Part shown: in pieces, positions 1 through 9,617 of the stretch | How positions within the stretch are numbered: position 1 is the first letter of the stretch | Layout: every line of letters starts with the position of its first letter | Program-made: the position numbers and the translations under genes | Notes under the pieces: model-generated | Told to the model about the DNA's origin: nothing | Databases searched by the model: none | What the model saw: the letters and a program-made list of their open reading frames with translations, nothing else | Assembly (NCBI GenBank): GCA_949288485.1 | Contig: CASEKC010000001.1 | Coordinates: 283,806-347,805, forward strand | Origin: an uncultured bacterium | GTDB lineage: Bacteria; Bacillota_I; Bacilli_A; RFN20; CAG-826 | Direction of reading: 5' to 3' | DNA: 64,000 nt

Positions 1-533
1 AGTTCTTTTGGAAGCCCGAGGAAGAAAGATCTTATCAAAAATAAACCAAATACACCTCCCAAACCAGGAAGAATACATCCGATAAGATAAATCCATGATG
101 GATTACCAGCTATTCCTAATGAATCCATGAAATCATATAATGGAACCATCGTAACAATTCCAGGGAACATCATAGAGGAAAGAATAATTGTAAAAATGGC
201 ATTTTTAAATTTCCAATCTAAAAAAACTAATGCATAAGCAGCAAAACTAACAACAATTAAATATAGACATGTATGAATTAAGCCTACTACTAAGCTATTT
301 AATGTCCATCTTAAAACTGGATAATCTAATGAAGTAAATGAAAATAATTGTTCATACCAACCAAAATACCAATTCCCACTTGAAGGAAAAATACTATCTA
401 CATCAGTTAAAGTATCTGGTTTAAATGATGCACCAAATGCCCAAATTAATGGCAAAATCCATATAATTGCTAAAGCAGTTAAGCAAATAGTTGAAATAAT
501 TCTACCAATTAAAATACTTCTTTTTGTTTGCAT
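1..533 (-). CDS. Carbohydrate ABC transporter permease (MalG-like), runs off window start
   Basis: Manual translation from ATG at 533: MQTKRSILIGRIISTICLTALAIIWILPLIWAFGASFKP...NSLVVG...AAYAL...MMFPGIVTMVPLY...FLIRSFFLGLPKEL (leads into EAA loop). Confidence 0.9.
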   Translation of the reverse strand, partial: MQTKRSILIGRIISTICLTALAIIWILPLIWAFGASFKPDTLTDVDSIFPSSGNWYFGWYEQLFSFTSLDYPVLRWTLNSLVVGLIHTCLYLIVVSFAAYALVFLDWKFKNAIFTIILSSMMFPGIVTMVPLYDFMDSLGIAGNPSWIYLIGCILPGLGGVFGLFLIRSFFLGLPKE

Positions 534-535
534 AA

Positions 536-1522
536 CTATGCCTCCTTAACATATGCATGTTGCTTTTTAAATATTCTGCGATGTGAATCTTTTTTATCCC
601 TTGTTACATAAAGTTGAATAAGGGAAATTGCTAAAATAATTAAAGCAAACAAAATGCACATTGCATTAGCAACACCAGCTCCACCAACACCTTGGTTAAC
701 ATCTCTTAACATTTGTAAAACTCTTTGAATAAACATATAAGTAGATTGAGCAGGCCCACCTTGAGTAATAAGTTGAGCTTGACCATAAACATTAAAGGAA
801 GCAATAATTGTTGTTATTGAGCAAATTAAAACTTGATTGCCAATTTGAGGTAAAGTGATATGAATAATACTCTTAAATTCGCCACAACCATCAATTGCTG
901 CAGCTTCATATAAGGTACGGTCAACTTGTTTAATTCCGGCGTTTAAAATAACCATATTATTACCGACTGTCCACCATAATGTTGTTAAAACAAGAACAAT
1001 CCAAGCTGAAACAACATCGCTTTGGAAAGGTAAAGTTTTAATAAAACCAAAACTAGAGTTAAATAAAAATTTAAAAATTAAACAAACTGTAGAAACACTT
1101 AAGATATTTGGTAAAAAGAAAAGTGCTCTAAAAAAACCTTCTCCCCATGGCTTTTTATTTAAAAGTAATGCTAAGATTAATGGTATTAAAATTAAAAAAG
1201 GAACAGTTAAAACAACGAATAAAGTTGTATGACCTAAACCTTGTGCAAACCATAAATTCGCATTTGGGAAATCAGGATTATAAATAATAATATTTTGATA
1301 GTTTTGCCATCCGACAAAAACTTTTTCTGAATCCCCAAAATTATAAAAGAAGAAAGAATCAATAATACCTTGAACTAATGGATATAAGAAAAAAAGAACA
1401 AAGAAAAATAAATAAGGTCCAAAAAATAATATGACTGTACTATATTTTGAAAGCATTGCATTTCTTCTACTAGCTCTTTTTTGTAGTTCAATTCTTTCTT
1501 CGAAAGTTAAATTATCTTTCAT
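536..1522 (-). CDS. Carbohydrate ABC transporter permease (MalF-like)
   Basis: FVGWQNY, LYEAAAIDG EAA motif, HITLP, TQGGP; start moved to ATG 1522 behind GGAG. Confidence 0.92.
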   Translation of the reverse strand: MKDNLTFEERIELQKRASRRNAMLSKYSTVILFFGPYLFFFVLFFLYPLVQGIIDSFFFYNFGDSEKVFVGWQNYQNIIIYNPDFPNANLWFAQGLGHTTLFVVLTVPFLILIPLILALLLNKKPWGEGFFRALFFLPNILSVSTVCLIFKFLFNSSFGFIKTLPFQSDVVSAWIVLVLTTLWWTVGNNMVILNAGIKQVDRTLYEAAAIDGCGEFKSIIHITLPQIGNQVLICSITTIIASFNVYGQAQLITQGGPAQSTYMFIQRVLQMLRDVNQGVGGAGVANAMCILFALIILAISLIQLYVTRDKKDSHRRIFKKQHAYVKEA

Positions 1523-1545
1523 ATTTAATATCTCCAATTATTTTC

Positions 1546-1577
1546 ATTTAGGGGCTAGCTAGTTATAGCCCCTAAAT
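1546..1577 (-). terminator. Intercistronic stem-loop (attenuator or mRNA stabiliser) after the solute-binding protein gene
   Basis: ATTTAGGGGCTA-N8-TAGCCCCTAAAT perfect 12-bp inverted repeat. Confidence 0.75.
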
Positions 1578-1592
1578 TTTATTTATATTAAA

Positions 1593-3029
1593 TTAATTAG
1601 AAGTGCCACCACTCATATCAGATTTGATTAAAGCAATGCCTTCGTCGTAATATTGTTTAACCCATTCTTCTAATTCTTGATCAGTAGGACGAGATTGTGC
1701 ATTAAGAACCATTGTTGTAGTTTGTTGAGATGGAGAGAATGCGCTATAAGTATAGCGATTAGCCTGCATTGCAACAAAATTATCAATTTCACCAAATCCA
1801 TCCAAATAAGGAAGTGCTTTATATTCATCAGTTTCTCTAGCAGGTCCATAAGCAGGGATTTTTCCAGATTCTGCCCAATCTTGAGAATGTTCAAGCATCC
1901 ATTGAATAAAGACCATTGAAGCTTGTTGACGTGCTACAGTATCTCCGCCTAATGTATGCTTTGGCATAACAAAAATATGTCCATTTGTATAATTTTGACC
2001 AGTATAATCAGGATTATCAGCGGAATTAAATAAAGTTGACATTGGAATAACATCCATTTCAAAATTATTTTGTTTTGCACTATTAGCAACATCATTTAAA
2101 AGCCAAATACCATCACAAGTAAATAATGAATTTCCTTGTCTAAACTCATTAATACCAGCATCAGTTGCAAGATTAACATCGCTTATTTTAGTTGCGTCAT
2201 CCCATAATAATTCTCTTAAAGAATTAGCAGCTTTATAAGTTGCGTCATTATAATAACAACCTGGTTGATATTCTAATAAAGTACCATCTGTTAATGTTTG
2301 GTCTGGATCAAAATCTTCATCTTCTTCTGTTATGATTTGTTTACCACCATAATTAAAGAAAGCATTAATATAAAAATATGTATCTGGATAGCCATTGGCA
2401 ATTTGGAATCCTTTATGACCAGCGGCAATTGCAGCTTGAGCAGCTTCGATAATACCTTCTCTAGTTGTAGGAACTTCATTAAATCCTAATTCATTAAGCA
2501 TACTGGTATTAACATATATACCGGCCATATGCATATCAAATGGGATACCATATTGTTCATCATTATATCTCATGTTATCCCAAACTCCTGAAGGGAAATC
2601 TTCAGGATTTAAAGTGACTTGAGCAAGTTCCATAATATCGTCAAGTTCTCTAAAATATCTGCTTGTTCCATCGCTATCTTCTTGTGCTGCAAATTGTAAA
2701 ACTCTTTCAGCATGCATAAGCATGACATCAGCATTACGATTATTTGCTGTTGTTAATGGCAAGTTGCCATATAAATCTGCAGGTTGTGAAGATGCGGCTC
2801 TAACAACAATTTGACCTTGGTATTCCTTGTTGAATTCATTAACAAGTTCAGTTAAGTAAGTATTATCTGTCCCTGTAATAACATGAGAGAAAGTTAATGA
2901 AACATTTCTAAAGACTGGTTTTCCATCATTACCAAAATCAATTTCTCCCTCGTTGTTTCCGCTATTACAACTTACAAGGCCTACCATTAAAGCTGTAATT
3001 CCAGCTAAAATTAAACTTTTTCTTTTCAT
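1593..3029 (-). CDS. Sugar ABC transporter extracellular solute-binding lipoprotein
   Basis: Lipobox LVSC, LVNEFNKEY, YGIPFD..GIYVN, PTT, DGIW; GGAGG RBS; upstream of two permeases. Confidence 0.92.
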   Translation of the reverse strand: MKRKSLILAGITALMVGLVSCNSGNNEGEIDFGNDGKPVFRNVSLTFSHVITGTDNTYLTELVNEFNKEYQGQIVVRAASSQPADLYGNLPLTTANNRNADVMLMHAERVLQFAAQEDSDGTSRYFRELDDIMELAQVTLNPEDFPSGVWDNMRYNDEQYGIPFDMHMAGIYVNTSMLNELGFNEVPTTREGIIEAAQAAIAAGHKGFQIANGYPDTYFYINAFFNYGGKQIITEEDEDFDPDQTLTDGTLLEYQPGCYYNDATYKAANSLRELLWDDATKISDVNLATDAGINEFRQGNSLFTCDGIWLLNDVANSAKQNNFEMDVIPMSTLFNSADNPDYTGQNYTNGHIFVMPKHTLGGDTVARQQASMVFIQWMLEHSQDWAESGKIPAYGPARETDEYKALPYLDGFGEIDNFVAMQANRYTYSAFSPSQQTTTMVLNAQSRPTDQELEEWVKQYYDEGIALIKSDMSGGTSN

Positions 3030-3048
3030 GATTATCCTCCTTAAAAAG

Positions 3049-4095
3049 TTAATTTTCGTAATCTATTCTTGGTCCTTTTACATTTCTCATGTAAGAAGGA
3101 ACATTTCCAGCTAATTCTGGGAAACCATTATTATCCCAAATTAATTTATCTAAAAACACATATCTACCATTAGGAGCAAATTTATCATAACCGTGATAGC
3201 ACATAAACCAATCACCAGCATCATCTTCTAAAAGAGAAATATGGCCAGGTCCTGCAACATTTTGGTCACTTTGGACTACCAATTCACCACGATTTTGTCC
3301 ACACATATCAATATCTTGACTATCTACATATGGTCCAGTAATTGATTTACTTCTAGCTACTTTTACATGATAGGTAGAATTAATTCCAGCACAACACGTC
3401 CCTTGGGAACCGAAGAAATAATAATAATCTCCAATTTTTCGGATATATGCTCCTTCATAAGTTGCACCATCCCAAGGCCCAACAACTCCAGCGATTAAAA
3501 TTTTGTCTTCTGAAGCAGTTGTTGGTGATTTTAATTGAGTTCCATCTTCTGTTAATTCAACCATGAAAATGCCTCTAAAACTTCCCCAAGCCATCCAAAC
3601 TTTTCCATTATCTTCGATAACACATGGATCAATTGAATTATCTACACCTATTTCTAAAGAATCGAAAATTTTACCTTTATCTTCCCATGGACCTTCTAAA
3701 GATTTAGAAGTCATTACACCGATTCCAGGATTTGGATCATCCCAAATACTAACTGAGTAATAATAATTCCATGTATCACCGATTTTAACAACATCTGGAG
3801 CCCAAATATCATTAAATGTATTGCCCCATTCAACAGTCCTTCTCACATCAGGAAGTTGTTCCCAATAACCATTATTTAAATTATCCGTTTTATAAACTCG
3901 GCCACTCGTCCCAAAAATATATAAAGTGTCTCCATCTCGAACGATTGAAGGGTCTGGACAATCAGCCATAATTATTGGATTTTGATAAGTAGAAGCAGGT
4001 ATATCTTCTACGCTTGTTCCTCCATTTGATGCAGTTGTACATGAACCAAGGCTAAATAAAGCCAACGCACACATAAAATATTTAGTTATTTTCAT
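3049..4095 (-). CDS. Glycoside hydrolase family 43 lipoprotein (arabinanase-like five-bladed propeller)
   Basis: Lipobox LGSC; NPII..CPDPS (base), WAPDV, SIDP (pKa modulator), YEGAYI (acid), GPGH, YHG. Confidence 0.92.
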   Translation of the reverse strand: MKITKYFMCALALFSLGSCTTASNGGTSVEDIPASTYQNPIIMADCPDPSIVRDGDTLYIFGTSGRVYKTDNLNNGYWEQLPDVRRTVEWGNTFNDIWAPDVVKIGDTWNYYYSVSIWDDPNPGIGVMTSKSLEGPWEDKGKIFDSLEIGVDNSIDPCVIEDNGKVWMAWGSFRGIFMVELTEDGTQLKSPTTASEDKILIAGVVGPWDGATYEGAYIRKIGDYYYFFGSQGTCCAGINSTYHVKVARSKSITGPYVDSQDIDMCGQNRGELVVQSDQNVAGPGHISLLEDDAGDWFMCYHGYDKFAPNGRYVFLDKLIWDNNGFPELAGNVPSYMRNVKGPRIDYEN

Positions 4096-5059
4096 CTACA
4101 TCTCCTTTATTAAAAAGTTTTACATCAAAGCACATTGAAATCTTTTCTCTTTTAGTAAGATTTGTTGTAACACAATAACTAACTGTTTTAGCTATACATT
4201 TATAATCAAATCCTACAGAAGGTATTTTTAATGTGCCATTTATATTTTGACTAACCGCATCATAACCAATAATTTTTATTTTATTTTTATCGATATTACT
4301 TTTATCCAATAATTCTAATATATTGAATGCATTTTCATCGTTATAACAAAATATTCCTAAATTATTGATTTCATTTAGATTACTTATATATTCATCGAAG
4401 TCTTCAATATTTATTTTTTTAAATTTCCTAGTTTTTTTGATATTTCTTAAATAATTTGAAAAACCTTGATATCGTCTATTTGCACATTCACTTCCACCAA
4501 CATTAATGTATAAAAAGTTAGTACAATTTTGTTCTACTAAATATTTAGCAGCAATTTCTCCACCCTTTTCATCATCGGTATAAAGCATATCGCAATAATC
4601 ATCATCAATTTTTCTTCCAAGCATTAAGAATGGAATATTATTTAATTTCACAAATTCGAGCGATTCTTTTGTTGGTTCTACAAATGAAACTATTCCATCA
4701 ACTCTTTGATATATACATTCTTTAACTGTTTCAGAAGTAAAACTATTTCCATAAAGACATATAATTACACAAGAATAACCTTCTTTTTTAAGTAAATACA
4801 TTATCTTTTCACTCATAATAGTGAAATAATAATTTTTCATATTATTAATTACTAAAGCGATTAATTTCGAATTTTCTTCATTCATTGAATGAATAATTTT
4901 GTTAGGCAAATAGCCTAATTCTAAGGCTTTTTGCCTAACTTTTTTCTTTGTTTTTTCAGAAATATCGCTACAATCTCTTAATGCTCTTGAAACGGTATTT
5001 ATAGAAACATCAAGTTCATAAGCTATATTTTTTAAGCTTACATTTCTTTTGTAGCTCAT
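4082..5059 (-). CDS. LacI-family transcriptional regulator
   Basis: SLKNIAYELDVSINTVSRAL HTH, ELGYLPN, periplasmic-binding fold with NDENA and IIGYD. Confidence 0.95.
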   Translation of the reverse strand: MSYKRNVSLKNIAYELDVSINTVSRALRDCSDISEKTKKKVRQKALELGYLPNKIIHSMNEENSKLIALVINNMKNYYFTIMSEKIMYLLKKEGYSCVIICLYGNSFTSETVKECIYQRVDGIVSFVEPTKESLEFVKLNNIPFLMLGRKIDDDYCDMLYTDDEKGGEIAAKYLVEQNCTNFLYINVGGSECANRRYQGFSNYLRNIKKTRKFKKINIEDFDEYISNLNEINNLGIFCYNDENAFNILELLDKSNIDKNKIKIIGYDAVSQNINGTLKIPSVGFDYKCIAKTVSYCVTTNLTKREKISMCFDVKLFNKGDVDENN

Positions 5060-5070
5060 ATTCCAATTTA

Positions 5071-6639
5071 TTATTCACTAACCTTAACAATTTGAATTGA
5101 ATCAACTGTTAATGTATAAGCTTGACTATATTCAGCAAGTAATAATCCAACTCTTAAATTGCCACCAGTAACATCTTCAACAGGAGTAAATTCTTGAGAA
5201 GTAAATGTTTGATATGTATCTGCAGCATCAAAAACTAAATCAAATTTAGCATTTGCATTTGGTGTTGCGCAGAATTCTCCTCTTAAAGTTTTTACATTTG
5301 GATTATCAATTTTTGCAACGACTTGGAGGACGTATGTTTCTCCTGCGGTTAATGTATTTCCAACGTTATTTTGTTGAATTTGTGCTGCCCAATCCGCTTC
5401 TGTAGATGAATCTTTGGTAGATTTAATGACAGCTGTACCATCAACGAAATCAATTGTTATATGGCCATTTTCTTCGAGATTCCAGAACATTGAATCCAAA
5501 TCAAAATCTCCATTATATGTATCATATGGATTTTCAGGTTCGTAAGAGAATCTCCAAGTAATTTGTCTTCTTACATATGAAAAATTACCTTCACTATCAG
5601 TATAAGAGTATTCTTCTGCCCAATTTGCTAAGGTCATTGTTGATGTAAATGATGTTGGAACAACACCTCTTTTTGTTAACTTAACTTCATTTCCGTTTGC
5701 ATCTTTTGCAGTAACTTCAGGCAAAGTTTCAAGTTCATTTAAATTAGAAATTTCAACGTTTTCTGCGTTTTCAAAAACAACACCACTTGTATTTGCTGTT
5801 TTTTCTAATTTATTAACATAAACATCATCAATCCAAACAGTTGATGGAGCATCATCTGCCTCTGTAAATCTGCCTAAAAGAATTCCTAACTTAATGGCAG
5901 ATTTTGCTTCGGTTGTAGTGTAATAAAATTTAAATTCTTGATATTCATCAGTTGTTGTTAAGCCTAAACAGTTTGCATATTCCCCAACAACAGCATAACC
6001 TTCAGCAGGAACTTCAATAGAAGCACCTATATTTCTTCCAGTAGTAGATTTTGCTTTAAAAGAAATTTCATAAGTTGTATTTGCATCCAAATTTAATCCA
6101 TTATATTCAACTTGGTTATTCCAATATTCTCCGCCAGAATTAGTTATGTCAACTCTTAAAGCATTTTCAGCTTCATCCCAACTATATTCCATAACAGAAC
6201 CAGCATTACCGTTTCCACTCCAGCCTGTTACTCCAGTATCAAAAGTTGAATTATCTAAAACTGTGCCTCTTTCAACAACCCAAGTTTTAAATGCATAACC
6301 AGTATCATCAGGGTCAACTTGTTCACCATCTAAATATGCATAATAATAAACTACATATGTTCCAGGATAACCGGTATCAACATATTGGGCACTTGAGTTA
6401 GTATCAATTCTAACTTCTAATTCAGTTCCATCACTAGCAACAGCTTTAACGCCTTCTAAAAGATCTGTAGGTTGAGGATCATTCATTTGAAGAGTTACTG
6501 TATCGACGCCGCTCCATGTAACCGTCAAATCTTCACCAGGATTAACAGTATTATCATTACAAGAAGTTAACAAACCTACCGTTCCAAAAGTAAGCGTCCC
6601 TAAAAGCATAGCGCCTAAAATTATTTTTCTTTTTTTCAT
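5071..6639 (-). CDS. Surface lipoprotein with Ig-like and two CBM4/9-like carbohydrate-binding domains
   Basis: Lipobox LTSC; DLLEGVKAVASDG Ig-like start; LDNSTFD..W..EYWNNQV..TTYEISFKAKS..VWIDDV and YNGDFD..W..DWAAQIQQ..LTVDSI. Confidence 0.8.
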   Translation of the reverse strand: MKKRKIILGAMLLGTLTFGTVGLLTSCNDNTVNPGEDLTVTWSGVDTVTLQMNDPQPTDLLEGVKAVASDGTELEVRIDTNSSAQYVDTGYPGTYVVYYYAYLDGEQVDPDDTGYAFKTWVVERGTVLDNSTFDTGVTGWSGNGNAGSVMEYSWDEAENALRVDITNSGGEYWNNQVEYNGLNLDANTTYEISFKAKSTTGRNIGASIEVPAEGYAVVGEYANCLGLTTTDEYQEFKFYYTTTEAKSAIKLGILLGRFTEADDAPSTVWIDDVYVNKLEKTANTSGVVFENAENVEISNLNELETLPEVTAKDANGNEVKLTKRGVVPTSFTSTMTLANWAEEYSYTDSEGNFSYVRRQITWRFSYEPENPYDTYNGDFDLDSMFWNLEENGHITIDFVDGTAVIKSTKDSSTEADWAAQIQQNNVGNTLTAGETYVLQVVAKIDNPNVKTLRGEFCATPNANAKFDLVFDAADTYQTFTSQEFTPVEDVTGGNLRVGLLLAEYSQAYTLTVDSIQIVKVSE

Positions 6640-6786
6640 AAAGTTCCTCCAAAAAAGTAAAGTATTGCCTTATTTATAAAAAGATTTGTTTTTAATGTCA
6701 AAAAAGTGGGTTAGAGTGAAAATTCTAATTTTATCGATTGTTACTTTATTTTTTAATTGAATTAATGTAAAAAACTTTATTTTTAA

Positions 6787-6800
6787 TGTAAGCGCTTTCA
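6787..6800. promoter_or_regulatory. LacI/CcpA (cre)-type operator
   Basis: TGTAAGCGCTTTCA, near-perfect match to TGWAANCGNTNWCA, ~150 bp upstream of the sugar operon. Confidence 0.8.
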
Positions 6801-7093
6801 AGTTGACTTGCATTCCGATTATAAAGGTGATGTCGTTAATGAAAATAGTTGATATTATCGAAAAGAAATTTATTTTTATGATGATAAATAAAAGTCAATA
6901 AGAAAATTAACACATCTTAATAATTTATTAGAAATATAATGAAAAATAATAATTTATTAATGTAAATACTTTAAATATTAATGAAAGTAAATAAGTTGTT
7001 TTTAATTAGTAATTTTTATTATAAAAAGAGCATCGCGGTATTTTTTTCAATATTAAAAGGTTTATTGGTTGTATAGTTTGTTATAATTGCATA

Positions 7094-7168
7094 AAAATAA
7101 TAAAATAAAAACTACCAATATTGGGTATTTATTTTCCTAAAAATTAGTAGTTTTTATTTTATTATTTT
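7094..7168 (-). terminator. Long hairpin downstream of tRNA-Gln
   Basis: 22-bp perfect arms AAAATAATAAAATAAAAACTAC / GTAGTTTTTATTTTATTATTTT. Confidence 0.6.
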
Positions 7169-7175
7169 CAATAAA

Positions 7176-7251
7176 TGGCTGCCAAGATTGGATTCGAACC
7201 AATGTATGTAGGTTTCAGAGACCTATGACTTTACCGCTTGTCTACTTGGCA
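7176..7251 (-). tRNA. tRNA-Gln(CTG)
   Basis: Acceptor TGCCAAG/CTTGGCA, anticodon arm TAGGT-CTCTGAA-ACCTA, TTCGAAT loop, encoded CCA. Confidence 0.95.
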
Positions 7252-7260
7252 ATATTTATA

Positions 7261-7292
7261 AAATCTCCTACTTATCATAAAGTAGGAGATTT
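7261..7292 (-). terminator. Rho-independent terminator after galE
   Basis: AAATCTCCTACTT-N6-AAGTAGGAGATTT. Confidence 0.8.
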
Positions 7293-7304
7293 ATATTTTT
7301 AAAA

Positions 7305-8327
7305 TTATTTACCTTCAGCTTTTCTTTTTTCTTCTTCTACTTGGAAATGATAGCCATCTTTACATGCATCTAAAACTGAATAATCACATGTAAAACCAAG
7401 TTCTTCTTTTGCTTTATCACAGTTAGCATAGGAAGTTGCAATATCTCCAGGTCTTCTTTCTTTAATAACATATGGGATTTTATGTCCACATGCTTCTTCA
7501 TAATAATGAATCATTTCTAAAACGGAAGTTCCTTTTCCGGTTCCAAGATTATAAATACAAAGTCCTGGTTTAGTTTCTAATTTTTTTAAAGCTAAAACAT
7601 GACCTTTAGCTAAATCAACAACATGAATATAATCTCTTACACCAGTTCCATCGACTGTATCATAATCATTTCCAAAAACAGAAACTTCTTTTAATTGTCC
7701 GGTTGCAACTTTAGCAATATAAGGAAGTAAATTATTTGGAATACCATTTGGATCTTCACCAAGTAAGCCACTCTTATGAGCTCCAATTGGATTAAAATAT
7801 CTAAGTAAAGCAATGTTATAATCTGGATTTACTTTTGCAACATCTTTTAAAATTCTTTCAATCATAACTTTGGTTTCACCATAAGGAGATGTTGCTTCTG
7901 TAACTGGATCAGTTTCATACATAGGAACTCTTTTTGGTTCTCCATAAACTGTAGCACTTGAAGAGAAAACAAAATTCTTTGTCCCGTATTTTTTCATCAT
8001 TTTTAAAAGTGCAAATGTTGAATCTAAGTTATTTTCATAATATTCAACAGGTTTAGAAACGCTTTCTCCAACTGCTTTATATCCTGCAAAATGAATAATT
8101 GCATCGATTTTTTCTTCTTTAAAAATCTTCTCAAGTTCATCCGCGTTTTGAACATCGGCAATAACAGTTTTAAAATCTTTATGAGTAATTTCTTTAATAC
8201 GATCTTTTACAACTTCCTTAGAATTGTAAAGGTTATCGATAACTACAACATCATACCCATGTTCGAGTAAAGCAACAACGGTATGTGAACCAATAAATCC
8301 TAAACCACCAGTAACTAAAACTTTCAT
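7305..8327 (-). CDS. galE: UDP-glucose 4-epimerase
   Basis: GGLGFIGSH, HFAGYKAVGES, FSSSATVYG, YGETK, LRYFNPIGAH, GVRDYIHV. Confidence 0.97.
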   Translation of the reverse strand: MKVLVTGGLGFIGSHTVVALLEHGYDVVVIDNLYNSKEVVKDRIKEITHKDFKTVIADVQNADELEKIFKEEKIDAIIHFAGYKAVGESVSKPVEYYENNLDSTFALLKMMKKYGTKNFVFSSSATVYGEPKRVPMYETDPVTEATSPYGETKVMIERILKDVAKVNPDYNIALLRYFNPIGAHKSGLLGEDPNGIPNNLLPYIAKVATGQLKEVSVFGNDYDTVDGTGVRDYIHVVDLAKGHVLALKKLETKPGLCIYNLGTGKGTSVLEMIHYYEEACGHKIPYVIKERRPGDIATSYANCDKAKEELGFTCDYSVLDACKDGYHFQVEEEKRKAEGK

Positions 8328-8341
8328 AATTCCTCCTTAAA

Positions 8342-8998
8342 TTACTTTCTTTGAGAAAGTTTTTTAGCTTCTTTATGTTCTTTTTTATTCTCGATTTTAT
8401 CAACCTTTTTATCGTTTTGATAAGCTTCGAGCGGTAAAACATCACGACTAATTTTATTCATAATTGAATCAGCAATTAATTTTGATGTTTCACTTTCTAT
8501 ATAAAGCCTAAGGGCAATATAAGATAAATCTAAATTTTCACTATTTTTATCTTTTTTCTTACGACTCTTCTCTAATGCATCTAATCTTAACTTTGTACGA
8601 TGAGTTTGGTTTTTTAAAACCTCATCATGCATTTCTTTGAATAAATTATATAATTTTTGTTTATCATTAGTTAAAATTTTATCCATTTCAATAAGAGTGG
8701 CTATTTCTCTCATTGATGCAGATTGTTTAAGCAAAGAAATCGCAATTAAATAAGCAATATGATCTTTATCATATTTTTTATTCTCTGGAGCGTTTAAAAT
8801 TTTAGCTTTTACATAGTTATTAATCATAAAAGGAGTAATGATAGTTTTATCATTTTCAATTGGTTCCAAAACACCTTGAATATAACTAACAACTTGTTCC
8901 ATATATAAAGGAATTGTTGATAATTCCTTATAATCTGGAAGTTTGTATGATTCTAATATTTTTATATAATCTTTTAAATTTGCAAAATTATCTTCCAT
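8342..8998 (-). CDS. DUF1836-family protein (putative DNA-binding)
   Basis: LP...LYMEQV...ITPFMINNYVK....P..KKY...HIAYLI pattern. Confidence 0.8.
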   Translation of the reverse strand: MEDNFANLKDYIKILESYKLPDYKELSTIPLYMEQVVSYIQGVLEPIENDKTIITPFMINNYVKAKILNAPENKKYDKDHIAYLIAISLLKQSASMREIATLIEMDKILTNDKQKLYNLFKEMHDEVLKNQTHRTKLRLDALEKSRKKKDKNSENLDLSYIALRLYIESETSKLIADSIMNKISRDVLPLEAYQNDKKVDKIENKKEHKEAKKLSQRK

Positions 8999-9114
8999 AT
9001 GAAAAATATTTTAGCACAATTCAAAGAAGTATTCTAAACAATAAAGAATAGTTTTTATTACTAGTTATATTATATTACTAATTAATTACTAAATAATCAC
9101 TTAATAATTACTAT

Positions 9115-9606
9115 TTAAAATAACAATTCGTATGTAGAAAATACTCCATATTCATATTCTTTGGTTTCAATTAGTTTAAAACCAAACTTTGAATATAAAT
9201 GTAACGCATTTATATTTCGTGGATCAACCATTATTCCAATACCAATTTCGCCCATATTTTTAATTTCTTCAATAACATTTGAAACTAAAAAATATCCTAC
9301 ATGTTTATTTTCATAGCCTGTCTTTACCATTAATCTACTAAAACAATATAGATTATGAGTTTTAAAAGGATATTCACTTTCTCCCCGTTCATCTTTAACT
9401 TTACTTAGAACAGTTGAAGCGATAATTTGATTGTTTTCTTTAATAATTCTTTCGCCACCACTTAAAACATCTTCTTTTATCAATTCATCACTAGGATATT
9501 CTTCGCTCCAAAAAGGAAGATTATTTTCTTTTAACCTTTTAAAAACATCTTGTTTAAGCAAAATACATTCATTTATATCTTTTTCAACAGCTTTTAAATA
9601 TTCCAT
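9115..9606 (-). CDS. GNAT N-acetyltransferase
   Basis: RLMVKTGYENKHVG motif A; N..ALHLYSKFGF motif B. Confidence 0.85.
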   Translation of the reverse strand: MEYLKAVEKDINECILLKQDVFKRLKENNLPFWSEEYPSDELIKEDVLSGGERIIKENNQIIASTVLSKVKDERGESEYPFKTHNLYCFSRLMVKTGYENKHVGYFLVSNVIEEIKNMGEIGIGIMVDPRNINALHLYSKFGFKLIETKEYEYGVFSTYELLF

Positions 9607-9617
9607 AAAATGATATT

